Below are positions 19,789-30,510 of a DNA stretch of 38,501 nucleotides, in pieces. The notes under the pieces are model-generated. The model was not told the DNA's origin and ran no database searches. It was given only the letters and a program-made list of their open reading frames with translations. Position 1 is the stretch's first letter. Each line of letters opens with the position of its first letter. Origin of the DNA: Escherichia phage RCF; the sequence record OR941417.1. One strand, given 5' to 3'. The position numbers were made by a program, and so were the translations under genes.

Positions 19789-20060
19789 TTCCCGACCCCA
19801 CTGGAGTTACTCTTAGTCAGAAGACTATGAGCTTAGACGTTGGGGCTTCTAAAGCCCTGACTTCTACGGTAACTCCGGCTGATGCAGTACAGACAGTGAC
19901 CTTTACGTCTTCCAATGCGAAGATTGCCACGGTCGATGCCTCTGGTACTGTAACTGCTGTGGGCGCTGGCTCCGCTGACATCACTGCGACTACTGTGAAT
20001 GGCCTGACGGCTGTCTGCAAGGTAACTGTGAAAGCAGTAGAGCCTCCCGTAGAAGGCTAA
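18745..20060 (+). CDS. 10B: Minor capsid protein 10B: predicted -1 frameshift product of 10A (slip at CCCAAAG 19770..19776) with a 94-aa C-terminal Ig-like extension
   Basis: The -1 frame is open from 19716 to the TAA at 20058..20060. A canonical X_XXY_YYZ heptamer (C_CCA_AAG) lies 4 codons before the 10A stop. The extension translation ([54 protein letters not shown]) looks like a Big_2 domain. Confidence 0.6.
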
Positions 20061-20099
20061 GGTCTTTACCGGGGATTTACTTTCCTTCATTACTTTATG

Positions 20100-20141
20100 A
20101 ACCCCTTGGGTGCCCTCTGAGGGTATCTGAGGGGTTTTTTT
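20100..20141 (+). terminator. Tphi: Late terminator Tphi: AACCCCTTGGGTGCCCTCTGAGGGTATCTGAGGGGTTTTTTT
   Basis: Long G:U-containing hairpin plus a T7 run after gene 10, resembling T7 Tphi. Confidence 0.85.
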
Positions 20142-20143
20142 GC

Positions 20144-20166
20144 TTTAAACCCTCACTAACAGGAGG
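20144..20166 (+). promoter_or_regulatory. phi11: T3-type phage RNAP promoter variant, TTTAAACCCTCACTAACAGGAGG
   Basis: Consensus match immediately after terminator Tphi; the initiating region doubles as the gene 11 RBS. Confidence 0.8.
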
Positions 20167-20173
20167 TAACATC

Positions 20174-20764
20174 ATGCGCTCTTATGAGATGAACATTGAG
20201 ACCGCAGAAGAGCTATCAGCCGTCAACGATATTCTGGCTTCCATCGGTGAGCCACCAGTATCGACACTTGAGGGTGATGCGAATGCTGACGTTGCGAATG
20301 CTCGACGTGTACTCAATAAGATTAACCGACAGATTCAATCACGAGGATGGACATTCAATATTGAGGAAGGTGTGACTCTTCTACCGGATGCGTTCTCTGG
20401 TATGATTCCATTTAGCTCTGACTACCTGTCCGTAATGGCAACCAGCGGTCAGACCCAATATATCAACCGTGGTGGCTATCTCTATGACCGCTCTGCGAAG
20501 ACAGACAGATTCCCTTCTGGTGTTCAGGTCAACCTGATTCGCCTGAGAGAGTTCGACGAGATGCCAGAGTGCTTCCGAAACTACATCGTTACCAAGGCTT
20601 CCCGTCAGTTCAATAACCGCTTCTTCGGTGCGCCGGAGGTAGACGGAGTGTTGCAGGAAGAGGAGCAGGAAGCGTGGCGTGCGTGCTTCGAATACGAGCT
20701 AGACTACGGTAACTACAACATGCTGGATGGTGACGCATTCACCTCTGGTCTACTTAACCGCTAA
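20174..20764 (+). CDS. 11: Tail tubular protein A
   Basis: 196 aa near-collinear with T7 gp11 ([36 protein letters not shown]). Confidence 0.95.
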   Translation: MRSYEMNIETAEELSAVNDILASIGEPPVSTLEGDANADVANARRVLNKINRQIQSRGWTFNIEEGVTLLPDAFSGMIPFSSDYLSVMATSGQTQYINRGGYLYDRSAKTDRFPSGVQVNLIRLREFDEMPECFRNYIVTKASRQFNNRFFGAPEVDGVLQEEEQEAWRACFEYELDYGNYNMLDGDAFTSGLLNR

Positions 20765-20779
20765 TCATAAGGAGGCTCT

Positions 20780-23185
20780 ATGGCTCTCATTAGTCAATCA
20801 ATCAAGAACCTCAAGGGTGGTATCAGCCAACAGCCAGATATTCTCCGGTTCGCTGAACAAGGTAGCGTACAGATTAACGGTTGGTCTTCTGAGTCCGAGG
20901 GTCTCCAGAAGCGCCCACCGATGATTCACCTTAAGACCCTTGGCGCTGCTGGGTATGTGGGTGCGCAACCTTACGTGCATCTTATCAACCGTGATGAGTT
21001 CGAGCAGTATTTCGTTGTGTTCACTGGTGAAGACATTAAGGTGTTCGACCTCGATGGTAAGGAGTACCAAGTACGTGGAGACCGATCATATGTTCGTACA
21101 GCTAACCCACGAGAAGACCTGCGGATGGTAACTGTGGCTGATTATACCTTTGTGACTAACCGCAAGGTGGTTGTGCAGAGTAACGACCAATCGGTCAACC
21201 TTCCGGGCTTTAAAGACCAAGGCGATGCGCTGATTAATGTTCGCGGTGGACAATACGGGCGTAGATTATCAATCGAGTTCAACGGGGCTGAGCGTGCTGC
21301 TGTACAACTACCGGATGGTTCACAACCAGCACACGTTAACGAGGTGGACGGTCAGGCTATCGCTGAGAAGCTGGCGGTGCAGTTGCGGAATAACCTAGGG
21401 AATCCAAACAACGAGCAAGACCCGAATAAGTGGCGGTTCAATGTTGGCCCCGGATTCATCCATATCCTTGCGCCTAATAACGATAACGTTTGGGGACTAC
21501 AGACTAAGGATGGTTACGCAGACCAGCTAATCAACCCTGTAACCCACTACACTCAGTCGTTCCAGAAGCTGCCTATTAACGCGCCAGATGGGTACATCGT
21601 GAAGATTGTTGGTGACACCTCAAAGACTGCCGACCAGTATTACGTTAGGTTCGACCTCAACCGTAAGGTGTGGGTAGAAACAATTGGATGGAACACAAGG
21701 ACTCACCTACATTACCACACGATGCCTTGGGCACTTGTTCGCGCTTCTGACGGGAACTTTGACTTCAAGGTACTTGAGTGGGGCGCTCGTACTGTGGGTG
21801 ATGATACAACCAACCCATACCCATCGTTTACCGGACAGACAATCAACGATATTTTCTTCTTCCGTAACCGTTTGGGCTTCCTTAGTGGGGAGAACATCAT
21901 CTTGTCTCGAACTTCGAAATACTTCAACTTCTTCCCGGCATCCGTATCCAACTACTCCGACGATGACCCAATCGACGTTGCGGTTAGCCACAACCGGGTG
22001 TCAACCTTGAAGTATGCCGTTCCGTTCTCCGAAGAGTTGCTCCTGTGGTCTGACCAAGCGCAGTTCGTTCTGACAGCCTCTGGTATCCTATCGAGCCGCT
22101 CCGTAGAGTTGAACCTTACGACTCAGTTCGACGTGCAAGACAGGGCGCGACCACACGGTGTAGGACGTAATGTGTACTTTGCGTCACCTCGTTCTTCCTT
22201 CACATCCATTAACCGATACTATGCGGTACAGGATGTAAGCTCTGTGAAGAACGCAGAGGACATGACGGCTCACGTTCCGAACTACATACCGAATGGAGTA
22301 TTCAGTATATCGGGTACAACCGCTGAGAACTTCGTGGCTATCCTTACGAGCGGTGCGCCGAACCGAGTGTATATCTATAAGTTCCTCTACATTGACGAGG
22401 AAATCAGGCAGCAGTCGTGGTCTCATTGGGACTTTGGGGACAACGTTACGGTGTTTGCGGCACATGTGATAAACTCAACAATGACTGTATTGATGGGCAA
22501 TGAACATGCTGTGTGGATGGGACGCTTACACTTCACGAAGAACTCCATAGACATTCCGGGAGAGCCTTACAGATTATACATCGACGCTAAGAGGGAATAC
22601 ACCATCCCTGCTGGGACGTACAACGATGATACCTACCAGACGTCAATAAGCCTCTCAGCGATTTACGGGATGAACTTCACGAAGGGTATGGTTTCGGTGG
22701 TCTTTACTGATGGGAAGATTGTAGAGATAGACCCGCCAGTCAACGGGTGGAGTAGCGACCCAATATTGAGACTCGATGGGAACCAAGAGGGACAAGTAGT
22801 CTACATTGGGTTCAACATCCCATTCACGTATACGTTCTCGAAGTTCCTCATTAAGAAGACTGCTGAGGACGGCTCGACGGCTACCGAGGATATTGGTCGC
22901 TTACAGCTTCGGCGTGCGTGGGTAAACTATGAGGATTCTGGTGCGTTCACCATCCGTGTGAACAACCTGTCACGCGAGTTCATCTACACAATGGCTGGTG
23001 CTCGCTTGGGTTCTGACAATCTGCGCGTTGGCAGGTCGAACATTGGCACAGGGCAGTACCGCTTCCCGGTGGTGGGTAATGCGCAGACTAACATAGTAAC
23101 TATCGAGTCAGATGCGTCAACTCCACTGAACATCATTGGGTGCGGCTGGGAGGGGAACTACCTTCGTCGTTCTTCTGGCATTTAA
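20780..23185 (+). CDS. 12: Tail tubular protein B
   Basis: 801-aa ORF collinear with T7 gp12, immediately after gene 11. Confidence 0.95.
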   Translation: MALISQSIKNLKGGISQQPDILRFAEQGSVQINGWSSESEGLQKRPPMIHLKTLGAAGYVGAQPYVHLINRDEFEQYFVVFTGEDIKVFDLDGKEYQVRGDRSYVRTANPREDLRMVTVADYTFVTNRKVVVQSNDQSVNLPGFKDQGDALINVRGGQYGRRLSIEFNGAERAAVQLPDGSQPAHVNEVDGQAIAEKLAVQLRNNLGNPNNEQDPNKWRFNVGPGFIHILAPNNDNVWGLQTKDGYADQLINPVTHYTQSFQKLPINAPDGYIVKIVGDTSKTADQYYVRFDLNRKVWVETIGWNTRTHLHYHTMPWALVRASDGNFDFKVLEWGARTVGDDTTNPYPSFTGQTINDIFFFRNRLGFLSGENIILSRTSKYFNFFPASVSNYSDDDPIDVAVSHNRVSTLKYAVPFSEELLLWSDQAQFVLTASGILSSRSVELNLTTQFDVQDRARPHGVGRNVYFASPRSSFTSINRYYAVQDVSSVKNAEDMTAHVPNYIPNGVFSISGTTAENFVAILTSGAPNRVYIYKFLYIDEEIRQQSWSHWDFGDNVTVFAAHVINSTMTVLMGNEHAVWMGRLHFTKNSIDIPGEPYRLYIDAKREYTIPAGTYNDDTYQTSISLSAIYGMNFTKGMVSVVFTDGKIVEIDPPVNGWSSDPILRLDGNQEGQVVYIGFNIPFTYTFSKFLIKKTAEDGSTATEDIGRLQLRRAWVNYEDSGAFTIRVNNLSREFIYTMAGARLGSDNLRVGRSNIGTGQYRFPVVGNAQTNIVTIESDASTPLNIIGCGWEGNYLRRSSGI

Positions 23186-23205
23186 CTTAAAGTCTCCCTG
23201 CGGTG

Positions 23206-23229
23206 AATTAACCCTCACTAAAGGGAGAC
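23206..23229 (+). promoter_or_regulatory. phi13: T3-type phage RNAP promoter, AATTAACCCTCACTAAAGGGAGAC
   Basis: Perfect consensus match. Confidence 0.9.
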
Positions 23230-23257
23230 ACTAATAGATACGAGGGGTTAAAGCATT

Positions 23258-23668
23258 ATGTATATTACAAAGTGTTTACAAAACCACGCTGACAACTTTC
23301 AGCCGTCCATAGAGGACATTCTGGAAGCTGAGGCACTAGGTGTTGAACCAAAGGTAATTCCTGATGAGAACACTGTGGCAATGCTCAGCGATAACGCTGT
23401 GTTGGCAATCGGTGGCAATCAGGGAGACCGAGTGTGGTTCCTTACCTCTAAGTACGTCCCACTGTTTACCTTGAAGGAGCGCTTAGAGTTTCGTAGACTT
23501 ATCATTGAATATCGTGATATGATGCTGAGCCAGTACGAGTCCATTTGGAATTTCGTTTGGGTAGGCAATAAGTCACACATTCGTTTCCTAAAGACCATAG
23601 GCGCGGTATTCCATAATGAGTTTACCGCTGATGGTCAATTCCAATTATTCACTATCAGTAGGAGGTAA
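23258..23668 (+). CDS. 13: Internal virion protein A
   Basis: 136-aa ORF after a phage promoter in the gene 13 position. Confidence 0.8.
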   Translation: MYITKCLQNHADNFQPSIEDILEAEALGVEPKVIPDENTVAMLSDNAVLAIGGNQGDRVWFLTSKYVPLFTLKERLEFRRLIIEYRDMMLSQYESIWNFVWVGNKSHIRFLKTIGAVFHNEFTADGQFQLFTISRR

Positions 23669-23670
23669 CT

Positions 23671-24264
23671 ATGTGCTGGATGGCAGCGATTCCTATTGCC
23701 ATGATGGGTGCCCAAGCTCTGAGTAGCCAGAACAGTGCTGACAAGGCGCGAGTGGCACAGACCGAAGCTGGACGCAGACAGGCAATGGAGATGGTCAAAG
23801 AGATGAATATCCAGAATGCCAACGCCTCGCTTGAACAACGGGACGCCCTTGAAGCTGCATCCTCTGAGTTGACTTCACGTAACATGCAGAAGGTACAAGC
23901 TATGGGAACCATCCGTGCAGCTATCGGCGAGAGTATGCTAGAAGGCGAATCCATGAAGCGCATCAAGCGTATCGAAGAGGGCAACTACATTCGGGAGGCC
24001 AATAGCGTCACCGAGAACTACCGTCGAGACTACGCGAGTATCTTTGCGCAACAGTTGGGACGCACTCAGTCAACAGCAAGTCAAGTCGATTCCATATACA
24101 AGAGCGAGGCCAAAGGTAAGTCCGGTCTTATGCGCGTACTAGACCCTCTGTCCATTATGGGTCAGGAAGCTGCAAGTCAATATGCGGCTGGTGGATTTGA
24201 CAAGAAAGGTGGAAACCAAGCAGCACCTATCAGTGCCGCCAAAGGAACCAAGACCGGGAGGTAA
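23671..24264 (+). CDS. 14: Internal virion (core) protein B
   Basis: 197 aa, syntenic and similar in size to T7 gp14. Confidence 0.9.
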   Translation: MCWMAAIPIAMMGAQALSSQNSADKARVAQTEAGRRQAMEMVKEMNIQNANASLEQRDALEAASSELTSRNMQKVQAMGTIRAAIGESMLEGESMKRIKRIEEGNYIREANSVTENYRRDYASIFAQQLGRTQSTASQVDSIYKSEAKGKSGLMRVLDPLSIMGQEAASQYAAGGFDKKGGNQAAPISAAKGTKTGR

Positions 24265-24266
24265 TA

Positions 24267-26510
24267 ATGGCTAGTAAACTAAATAGTGTTTTAGGCAACA
24301 TGGCGACTCCCGGTATGGAACGACTCCGGGGCGTCAAAGGTATGGACTACCGGGCAGCAACCATTCAGGCTGAACAACCAAGAGCGAGTCTTCTGGACTC
24401 CCTAGGTCGATTCGCTAAGGCTGGTGCCGATATGTACATGGCGAAAGAGGAACGTGATAAGCAACGAGCCGATGAGCGCTCCAACGAGATTATCCGTAAG
24501 CTGACCCCTGAGCAGCGCCGACAGGCTATCCAGAATGGTACACTGCTGTATCAGGATGACCCATACGCAATGCAAGCCTTGAAGTTCAAGACCGGGCGTA
24601 ACGCTGCGTTCCTCGTTGACGATGAGGTTCAACAGGCCATCAAAGAGGGACGCTTCCGTACTCGTGAAGAGATGGAGCAGTATCGTCACTCACGCCTACA
24701 GGAGCACTCGAAGTCGTTCGCTGAGCAGTTCGGCATCAATGAGATGGACGAGGAATACCAGAAGGGTTTCAATGCGAACATCACCGAGCGTAACATTGCT
24801 CTGTATGGGGCACATGATACCTTCCTGAGTGACCAAGCGCAGAAGGGTGCAATCCTGAACTCGAAGGTTGAACTCAATGGTGTCCTGTCTGACCCTGACC
24901 TACTGTCTCGTCCTGAGTCCGGTGAGTTCTTCCAGAACTACATCGACAACTCCTTGGTGACAGGGATGACTGACAATCAGGCTCAACAGGTTATCTCTGC
25001 GTCCCTGAATGACGTGCTACAGCGTCCGGGTGGTGCCGCCTTCTTGCAGAACATTGAGAACCGCAAGGTGACTCTTAATGGCGCTACGACTACCTATCGT
25101 GAACTGATGGGTGATGAGCAGTGGCAGGCAATGATGATTAAGGCACAGCACACTCAATTCCAGAACAACGCGAAGTTAACCGAGAAGTTCCGACTGGATA
25201 TTAACTCAGCGCTTAACCAAGCGGACACTGGTAAAGGCTGGGAGACTCTTCAAGGTATCAAGGCCGAACTCGATAAGATTCAGCCGGGTGAAGAGATGAC
25301 TCCTGAGCGTGAGTGGTTGATTTCCGCACAGGAACAGATGCGCACCCGCTTCAAGCAGGAACAGGCTGAGACAGCCAAGCTGATGGACAAGCAACAGAAG
25401 ACCTTGAATAAATCTCTGGTCATCGACAAGCAGTTCCAGAAGCGCCTCAACGGTGAATACGTCTCGACCAATTATAAGGACATGCCGACCAACGAGAACA
25501 CTGGTGAGTTTACACATAGCGATATGGTCAACTACGCGAACCAGAAGTTAGCGGAAATCGAAGCGATGGACTTAACACCTGAACAGAAAGACAAACTGAA
25601 ATTGGACTACCTACGGGCAGACTCCAAGGAGGGTGCTTTCCGTGCAGCGTTTGGTGAGATGATTACCGACGCGGGTAACGAATGGCAGGCTGCGGTGATT
25701 AACGGTAAGATGCCTGAGAGCACACCAGCGATGGACAACCTTCGTCGCATCCGCAACACTGACCCTGACCTGATTGCCTCTCTGTATCCTGACAAGGCCG
25801 AGTTGTTCCTGACGATGGACATGTTGGACAACCAAGGCATCGACACGCAGGTTCTTATCGACGCTGATAAGGCCCGCGCACAGAAGACCAAGGAGATGCA
25901 GTTTGAGGATGACCGAGCGTGGGCCGCTATGATGAACGATTCAACGAATCCTCAAATCAAGTACATGCCTTCGAGTGTCCAAGGTTACGCGCGGAAGATT
26001 TATGATTCCGTGAAGTACCGGACAGGGAACCCTGACATGGCAACCGAACAGGTCGCAAAGTTCCTCTCCGATTCGACGACCACGTTCTCCAGTAGCGATG
26101 TTGAGGGTGATACCTACGGCGTCCTACCGAAGAACATCCTGACTGTTTCGGATGACCCTAAGTCGTGGGAGCAAGGGAAGAACATTCTGGACGAAGCCAT
26201 TAAGGGAATCACAGCGGCGAACCCTTGGATTACCAACAAGCAACTGTCGGTGTACCAGCAAGGTGATTCAATCTACCTGATGGACACAACCGGACAGGTT
26301 CGCATTCGGTATGACCAAGAGTTGCTCCAGCGTGAGTATCAGCGTACCGCACAGATGCAAGCTGAGGCAGCACGAGAGAAAGCCCTCAAAGAGGCCAACA
26401 AGCGTGCCCCAATAAGCCGTGCAACACAGGCGCGTGAAGAAGCGCGTAAACGTGTCCAAGAGAAACGGAAGAAGACTCCGAAGTACATCTATGGACGTAA
26501 AGAAGACTAA
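24267..26510 (+). CDS. 15: Internal virion (core) protein C
   Basis: 747 aa, the same length as T7 gp15; syntenic. Confidence 0.9.
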   Translation: MASKLNSVLGNMATPGMERLRGVKGMDYRAATIQAEQPRASLLDSLGRFAKAGADMYMAKEERDKQRADERSNEIIRKLTPEQRRQAIQNGTLLYQDDPYAMQALKFKTGRNAAFLVDDEVQQAIKEGRFRTREEMEQYRHSRLQEHSKSFAEQFGINEMDEEYQKGFNANITERNIALYGAHDTFLSDQAQKGAILNSKVELNGVLSDPDLLSRPESGEFFQNYIDNSLVTGMTDNQAQQVISASLNDVLQRPGGAAFLQNIENRKVTLNGATTTYRELMGDEQWQAMMIKAQHTQFQNNAKLTEKFRLDINSALNQADTGKGWETLQGIKAELDKIQPGEEMTPEREWLISAQEQMRTRFKQEQAETAKLMDKQQKTLNKSLVIDKQFQKRLNGEYVSTNYKDMPTNENTGEFTHSDMVNYANQKLAEIEAMDLTPEQKDKLKLDYLRADSKEGAFRAAFGEMITDAGNEWQAAVINGKMPESTPAMDNLRRIRNTDPDLIASLYPDKAELFLTMDMLDNQGIDTQVLIDADKARAQKTKEMQFEDDRAWAAMMNDSTNPQIKYMPSSVQGYARKIYDSVKYRTGNPDMATEQVAKFLSDSTTTFSSSDVEGDTYGVLPKNILTVSDDPKSWEQGKNILDEAIKGITAANPWITNKQLSVYQQGDSIYLMDTTGQVRIRYDQELLQREYQRTAQMQAEAAREKALKEANKRAPISRATQAREEARKRVQEKRKKTPKYIYGRKED

Positions 26511-26528
26511 CAGTGATAAGGAGGCTCC

Positions 26529-29500
26529 ATGAGCTACGATAAGAACAAACCTAGCGAGTTCGATGGGTTATTTCAAAAAGCGGCAGACAAACATGGGGTC
26601 TCCTATGACCTGCTTCGTAAATTAGCATTCAATGAGTCCAGCTTCAATCCAAAGGCCAAATCACCAACTGGCCCGAAGGGTCTCATGCAGTTCACCAAGG
26701 GTACAGCCACTGCGCTGGGACTCAAGGTAACTGATGCAGACGATGATGACCGCTACAACCCTGAGCTGGCTGTGGATGCAGCCGCTCGCCACCTGAGTGA
26801 CCTCATTCGTAAATACGATGGGGACGAACTTAAGGCAGCCCTAGCGTACAACCAAGGCGAGGGGAGAAATGGTGCCCCTCAGATGCAGGCCTACGACAAA
26901 GGTGATTGGGCCTCAATCTCTGAGGAAGGTCGTAACTATATGCGTAACCTGATTGACGTAGCTAACAGTCCTCGCAAGGGGGACTTGGAGGCGTTTGGCG
27001 GCATCACCCCAAAGGCTAAGGGCATTCCATCGGGGGATGCATTTGCTGGAATCGGGAAGAAGCAGACGGTAGGAACCGACCTGCCGGAGTCAACTGGATT
27101 CAAAGTGGAGGGTAAAGAGCAGAAAGCACCTAACGTGCCTTATGCTAAGGACTTTTGGGAAAAGACTGGAACAACACTGGACGAGTTTAACTCACGCTCT
27201 ACCTTCTTCGGAATTGGAGATGCAACAAGTGCGGAGCTTCACAACTCTGTACTTGGAGTTGCTTTCCGTGCAGCCCGTAGCGACGATGGTTTTGATTTGT
27301 TCAAGGACACCATTACGCCGACTCGCTGGAACAGCCATACGTGGACTCCAGAAGAGTTAGAGCGTATTCGTAAGGAAGTGAAGAACCCATCGTACATCAA
27401 CGTAGTCACTGGAGGCTCTCCTGAGAATCTGGACGCCCTCATTAAGATGGCGAATGACAACTACGAGATGGACGCGCGGTCTGCCGATGCTGGTGTTGGT
27501 GCCAAACTTACTGCTGGTATCGTCGGTGCTGGTGTAGACCCGCTGAGTTACGTGCCGCTAGTAGGCGTAGCCGGGAAGGGTCTCAAGGTGGTTAACAAGG
27601 CTTTCATTGTGGGTACTCAAAGTGCTGGCCTCGCTGTTGCCTCTGAGGGTCTCCGTACATCAATCGCTGGTGGAGAAGCCCACTATGCTGATGCTGCTTT
27701 AGGCGGTCTGATGTTCGGTGCCGGGATGAGTGCAATCAGTGACGCTATCGCCGCTGGTATTCGCCGTTCCCGTGGTACTGAGGTTGTTAATGACTTCGCT
27801 CCTATGGCACACCGATTGGAAGCCCGTGAGACCGCTCTGAACTCTGGCGGTGAAGACCTGACCCGTATGCCTAGCGAGAACCGTGTGTTCGACCGTGAGC
27901 ACGCTGGCGTTGAGTATTCACCTCTGGAGACCGAGCCGGGTGCCGTTGTGTTGCCTCAAGGTCAAATCCTTAGCGACACCAACCCGCTGAACCCTCAGAC
28001 TCTTAGCGAGTTCGAGGCGGTCAACCCTGAGCGCGCCTCTCGTGGTATCTCTTTGGGTGGTTTCACTGAGATTGGCTTGAAGACTCTCCGCTCTGAGAAC
28101 CCGACTGTTCGCTCCATTGCGAGTGACCTTGTGCGTTCTCCGACAGGGATGGAATCAGGCTCTAACGGTAAGTTCGGTGCGACTGCTTCTGATATTAAGG
28201 AGCGGCTCCACGCGAACAATCAGCGCACCTACAATCAGCTTTATGATGCTGTGCGTACTGCGATGAAAGACCCTGAGTTCTCCACTGGCGGTTCCAAGAT
28301 GAGCCGTAAGGAAATCCGACAGGAAATCTACAAGCGTGCAGCCTTGGCGATTGAGCGACCTGAGCTTCAAGCAAACCTGACAAAGGGTGAGCGGAACGTG
28401 ATGAACATCCTCAAGCAGCACTTCGACCTCAAACGTGAAATCATGGAGAACCCGTCAATCTTTGGCAACACCAAGGCGGTCAGTATCTTCCCCGGCTCAC
28501 GCCACAAGGGAACCTACGTGCCAAACGTGTACGACCGCGCAATCAAGATTGAGATGGTTAAGCGCTACGGTAACGATGGATTGCAGCGAGCAATCGCGGA
28601 GTCATGGTTGACGTCTTATCGCGCTCGTCCAGAAGTCAAGGCGAGGGTCGATGAGTACCTGATGGAACTCAATGGTCTCAAATCCGTGCAGGAAGTTACG
28701 CCTGAGATGGTGCAGAAGCACGCGATGGATAAGGCGTATGGTATTTCACACACTGACCAGTTCTCTGCATCCTCTGTCATTGAGGACAACATTGAGGGTC
28801 TGGTCGGTATCGAGAACAACAACTTCTTGGAAGCCCGTAACATGTTCGACAGTGACATGGCGGTGACGCTCCCTGATGGTAACACGTTCTCTGTGAATGA
28901 CCTCCGTACCTATGACATGGCTGAAATTCTGCCTGCATATGACCGACGAGTGGATGGGGACGTTGCAATCATGGGAGGTTCCGGTAAGACTACCAAAGAC
29001 CTGAAAGATGAAATCATGGCGCTGGATAAGCAGTCAGAGGGTAACGGCACACTGAAAGGTGAGGTGGAAGCCCTCAAGGATACCGTGAAGATTCTAACTG
29101 GTCGCGCTCGTAGGAACCCGGAAGGCGCTTGGGGCACAGCCCTGCGCTCCGTCAATGACCTTACGTTCTTCGCTAAGAACGCCTACATGGGTGCGCAGAA
29201 CATTACTGAAATCGCTGGTATGCTGGCTAAAGGTAACGTCTCTGCGATAACTCATGGCATCCCTATGATTAACGATTGGGTCAACCGTGGTAAACCGCTT
29301 CGTGCCTCTGAGATTAAGGAGATACACGGGATGGTGTTCGGTAAGGAACTAGACCAACTAATCCGTCCGGGACGTGAAGACCACGTGCGCCGACTCCGGG
29401 AGTCTACGGACACCAGCGCTGCGGTTGCCAATGTGGTCGGTACGATTCGTTTCGGCACTCAAGAGTTGGCTGCACGCTCTCCTTGGACAATGCTCCTAAA

Positions 29501-30491
29501 CGGAACATCAAACTACATTCTTGATGCTGCCCGTCAGGGTGTGCTTGGGGATGTGGCTGGAGCGGCCCTTGCTGGGAAAGCCTCTAAGTTCGGTAAGGCA
29601 AACTACCTTAAGTCTGCCTCTATCAGCCCTGAGCAGTGGAATGGAATCAAGCAGTTGTTCAGAGACTATGCGACTCGTGGAGAAGACGGTAAGTTCACCA
29701 TTCGTGACAAACAGGCTTTCGCTAACGACCCACGCTCAATGGACTTGTGGCGTCTGGCTGACAAGGTGGCTGATGAGACTATACTTCGTCCACACAAGGT
29801 TTCCTCACAGGATGCCAAGGCATACGGTGCCGGAGTTAAGATGGTGATGCAGTTTAAGAACTTCGTCATCAAGTCCCTGAACTCCCGGTTTGTCCGTAGC
29901 TTCTACGAGGCAACGAAGAACAACCGAGCGTTAGACCAAGCGTTGACTCATATCATCTCTTTGGGTCTAGCTGGTGGTTACTACGTTGGGCAGGCACACC
30001 TTAAGGCTGCAAGTCTACAGGAGCACAAACGTAAGGAGTACCTTAAGAACGCCCTTGACCCTAAGATGATTGCTCATGCGTCAATCTCTCGTAGTTCACA
30101 CTTAGGCTCACCATTGAGTATCTACGACATGTTCGCTGGTATGGTTGGTAGCGATACCTATAAGTACACCCGCTCTACGGTGCTCCCTAAAGAGTCCGAG
30201 AAGCGTGACCCTAACAAGGCAGTGACAGGTAGGCAGGTGGCTTCAACTATCGCAGGTGCAGTTGGTGAGCAGGTTCCGGGTTTAGGTTTTGTTGGCTCTG
30301 TTGGTGCAACAGCTATTAACGCCGCTTCCCTGCTGTCTTCTCCGAACAAGGCTACCGCTCTGGAGTTCCGTACAGGACTCTTCAACACCTCTCGTGAGTT
30401 GATTCCTAATGACCCGCTATCACAGCAACTCATTATGAAAATCTACGAGGCCAACGGTATCCGCATAAAGGAGACGCCGAAGAAACAATAA
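26529..30491 (+). CDS. 16: Internal virion (core) protein D with N-terminal lytic transglycosylase domain
   Basis: 1320 aa; the N-terminus (LLRKLAFNESSFNPKAKSPTGPKGLMQFTKGTA) fits a soluble lytic transglycosylase motif as in T7 gp16. Confidence 0.93.
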   Translation: MSYDKNKPSEFDGLFQKAADKHGVSYDLLRKLAFNESSFNPKAKSPTGPKGLMQFTKGTATALGLKVTDADDDDRYNPELAVDAAARHLSDLIRKYDGDELKAALAYNQGEGRNGAPQMQAYDKGDWASISEEGRNYMRNLIDVANSPRKGDLEAFGGITPKAKGIPSGDAFAGIGKKQTVGTDLPESTGFKVEGKEQKAPNVPYAKDFWEKTGTTLDEFNSRSTFFGIGDATSAELHNSVLGVAFRAARSDDGFDLFKDTITPTRWNSHTWTPEELERIRKEVKNPSYINVVTGGSPENLDALIKMANDNYEMDARSADAGVGAKLTAGIVGAGVDPLSYVPLVGVAGKGLKVVNKAFIVGTQSAGLAVASEGLRTSIAGGEAHYADAALGGLMFGAGMSAISDAIAAGIRRSRGTEVVNDFAPMAHRLEARETALNSGGEDLTRMPSENRVFDREHAGVEYSPLETEPGAVVLPQGQILSDTNPLNPQTLSEFEAVNPERASRGISLGGFTEIGLKTLRSENPTVRSIASDLVRSPTGMESGSNGKFGATASDIKERLHANNQRTYNQLYDAVRTAMKDPEFSTGGSKMSRKEIRQEIYKRAALAIERPELQANLTKGERNVMNILKQHFDLKREIMENPSIFGNTKAVSIFPGSRHKGTYVPNVYDRAIKIEMVKRYGNDGLQRAIAESWLTSYRARPEVKARVDEYLMELNGLKSVQEVTPEMVQKHAMDKAYGISHTDQFSASSVIEDNIEGLVGIENNNFLEARNMFDSDMAVTLPDGNTFSVNDLRTYDMAEILPAYDRRVDGDVAIMGGSGKTTKDLKDEIMALDKQSEGNGTLKGEVEALKDTVKILTGRARRNPEGAWGTALRSVNDLTFFAKNAYMGAQNITEIAGMLAKGNVSAITHGIPMINDWVNRGKPLRASEIKEIHGMVFGKELDQLIRPGREDHVRRLRESTDTSAAVANVVGTIRFGTQELAARSPWTMLLNGTSNYILDAARQGVLGDVAGAALAGKASKFGKANYLKSASISPEQWNGIKQLFRDYATRGEDGKFTIRDKQAFANDPRSMDLWRLADKVADETILRPHKVSSQDAKAYGAGVKMVMQFKNFVIKSLNSRFVRSFYEATKNNRALDQALTHIISLGLAGGYYVGQAHLKAASLQEHKRKEYLKNALDPKMIAHASISRSSHLGSPLSIYDMFAGMVGSDTYKYTRSTVLPKESEKRDPNKAVTGRQVASTIAGAVGEQVPGLGFVGSVGATAINAASLLSSPNKATALEFRTGLFNTSRELIPNDPLSQQLIMKIYEANGIRIKETPKKQ

Positions 30492-30510
30492 ACCCTCACT
30501 AAAGGGAGAG
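30487..30510 (+). promoter_or_regulatory. phi17: T3-type phage RNAP promoter, AATAAACCCTCACTAAAGGGAGAG
   Basis: Consensus match overlapping the gene 16 stop. Confidence 0.85.

Noticed and set aside
19827-20060. Stand-alone 77-aa gene after the capsid gene
   Set aside because: It has its own ATG but no RBS or promoter, and the frame is open upstream into a canonical -1 slippery heptamer at the end of 10A. Better explained as the C-terminal extension of frameshift product 10B.
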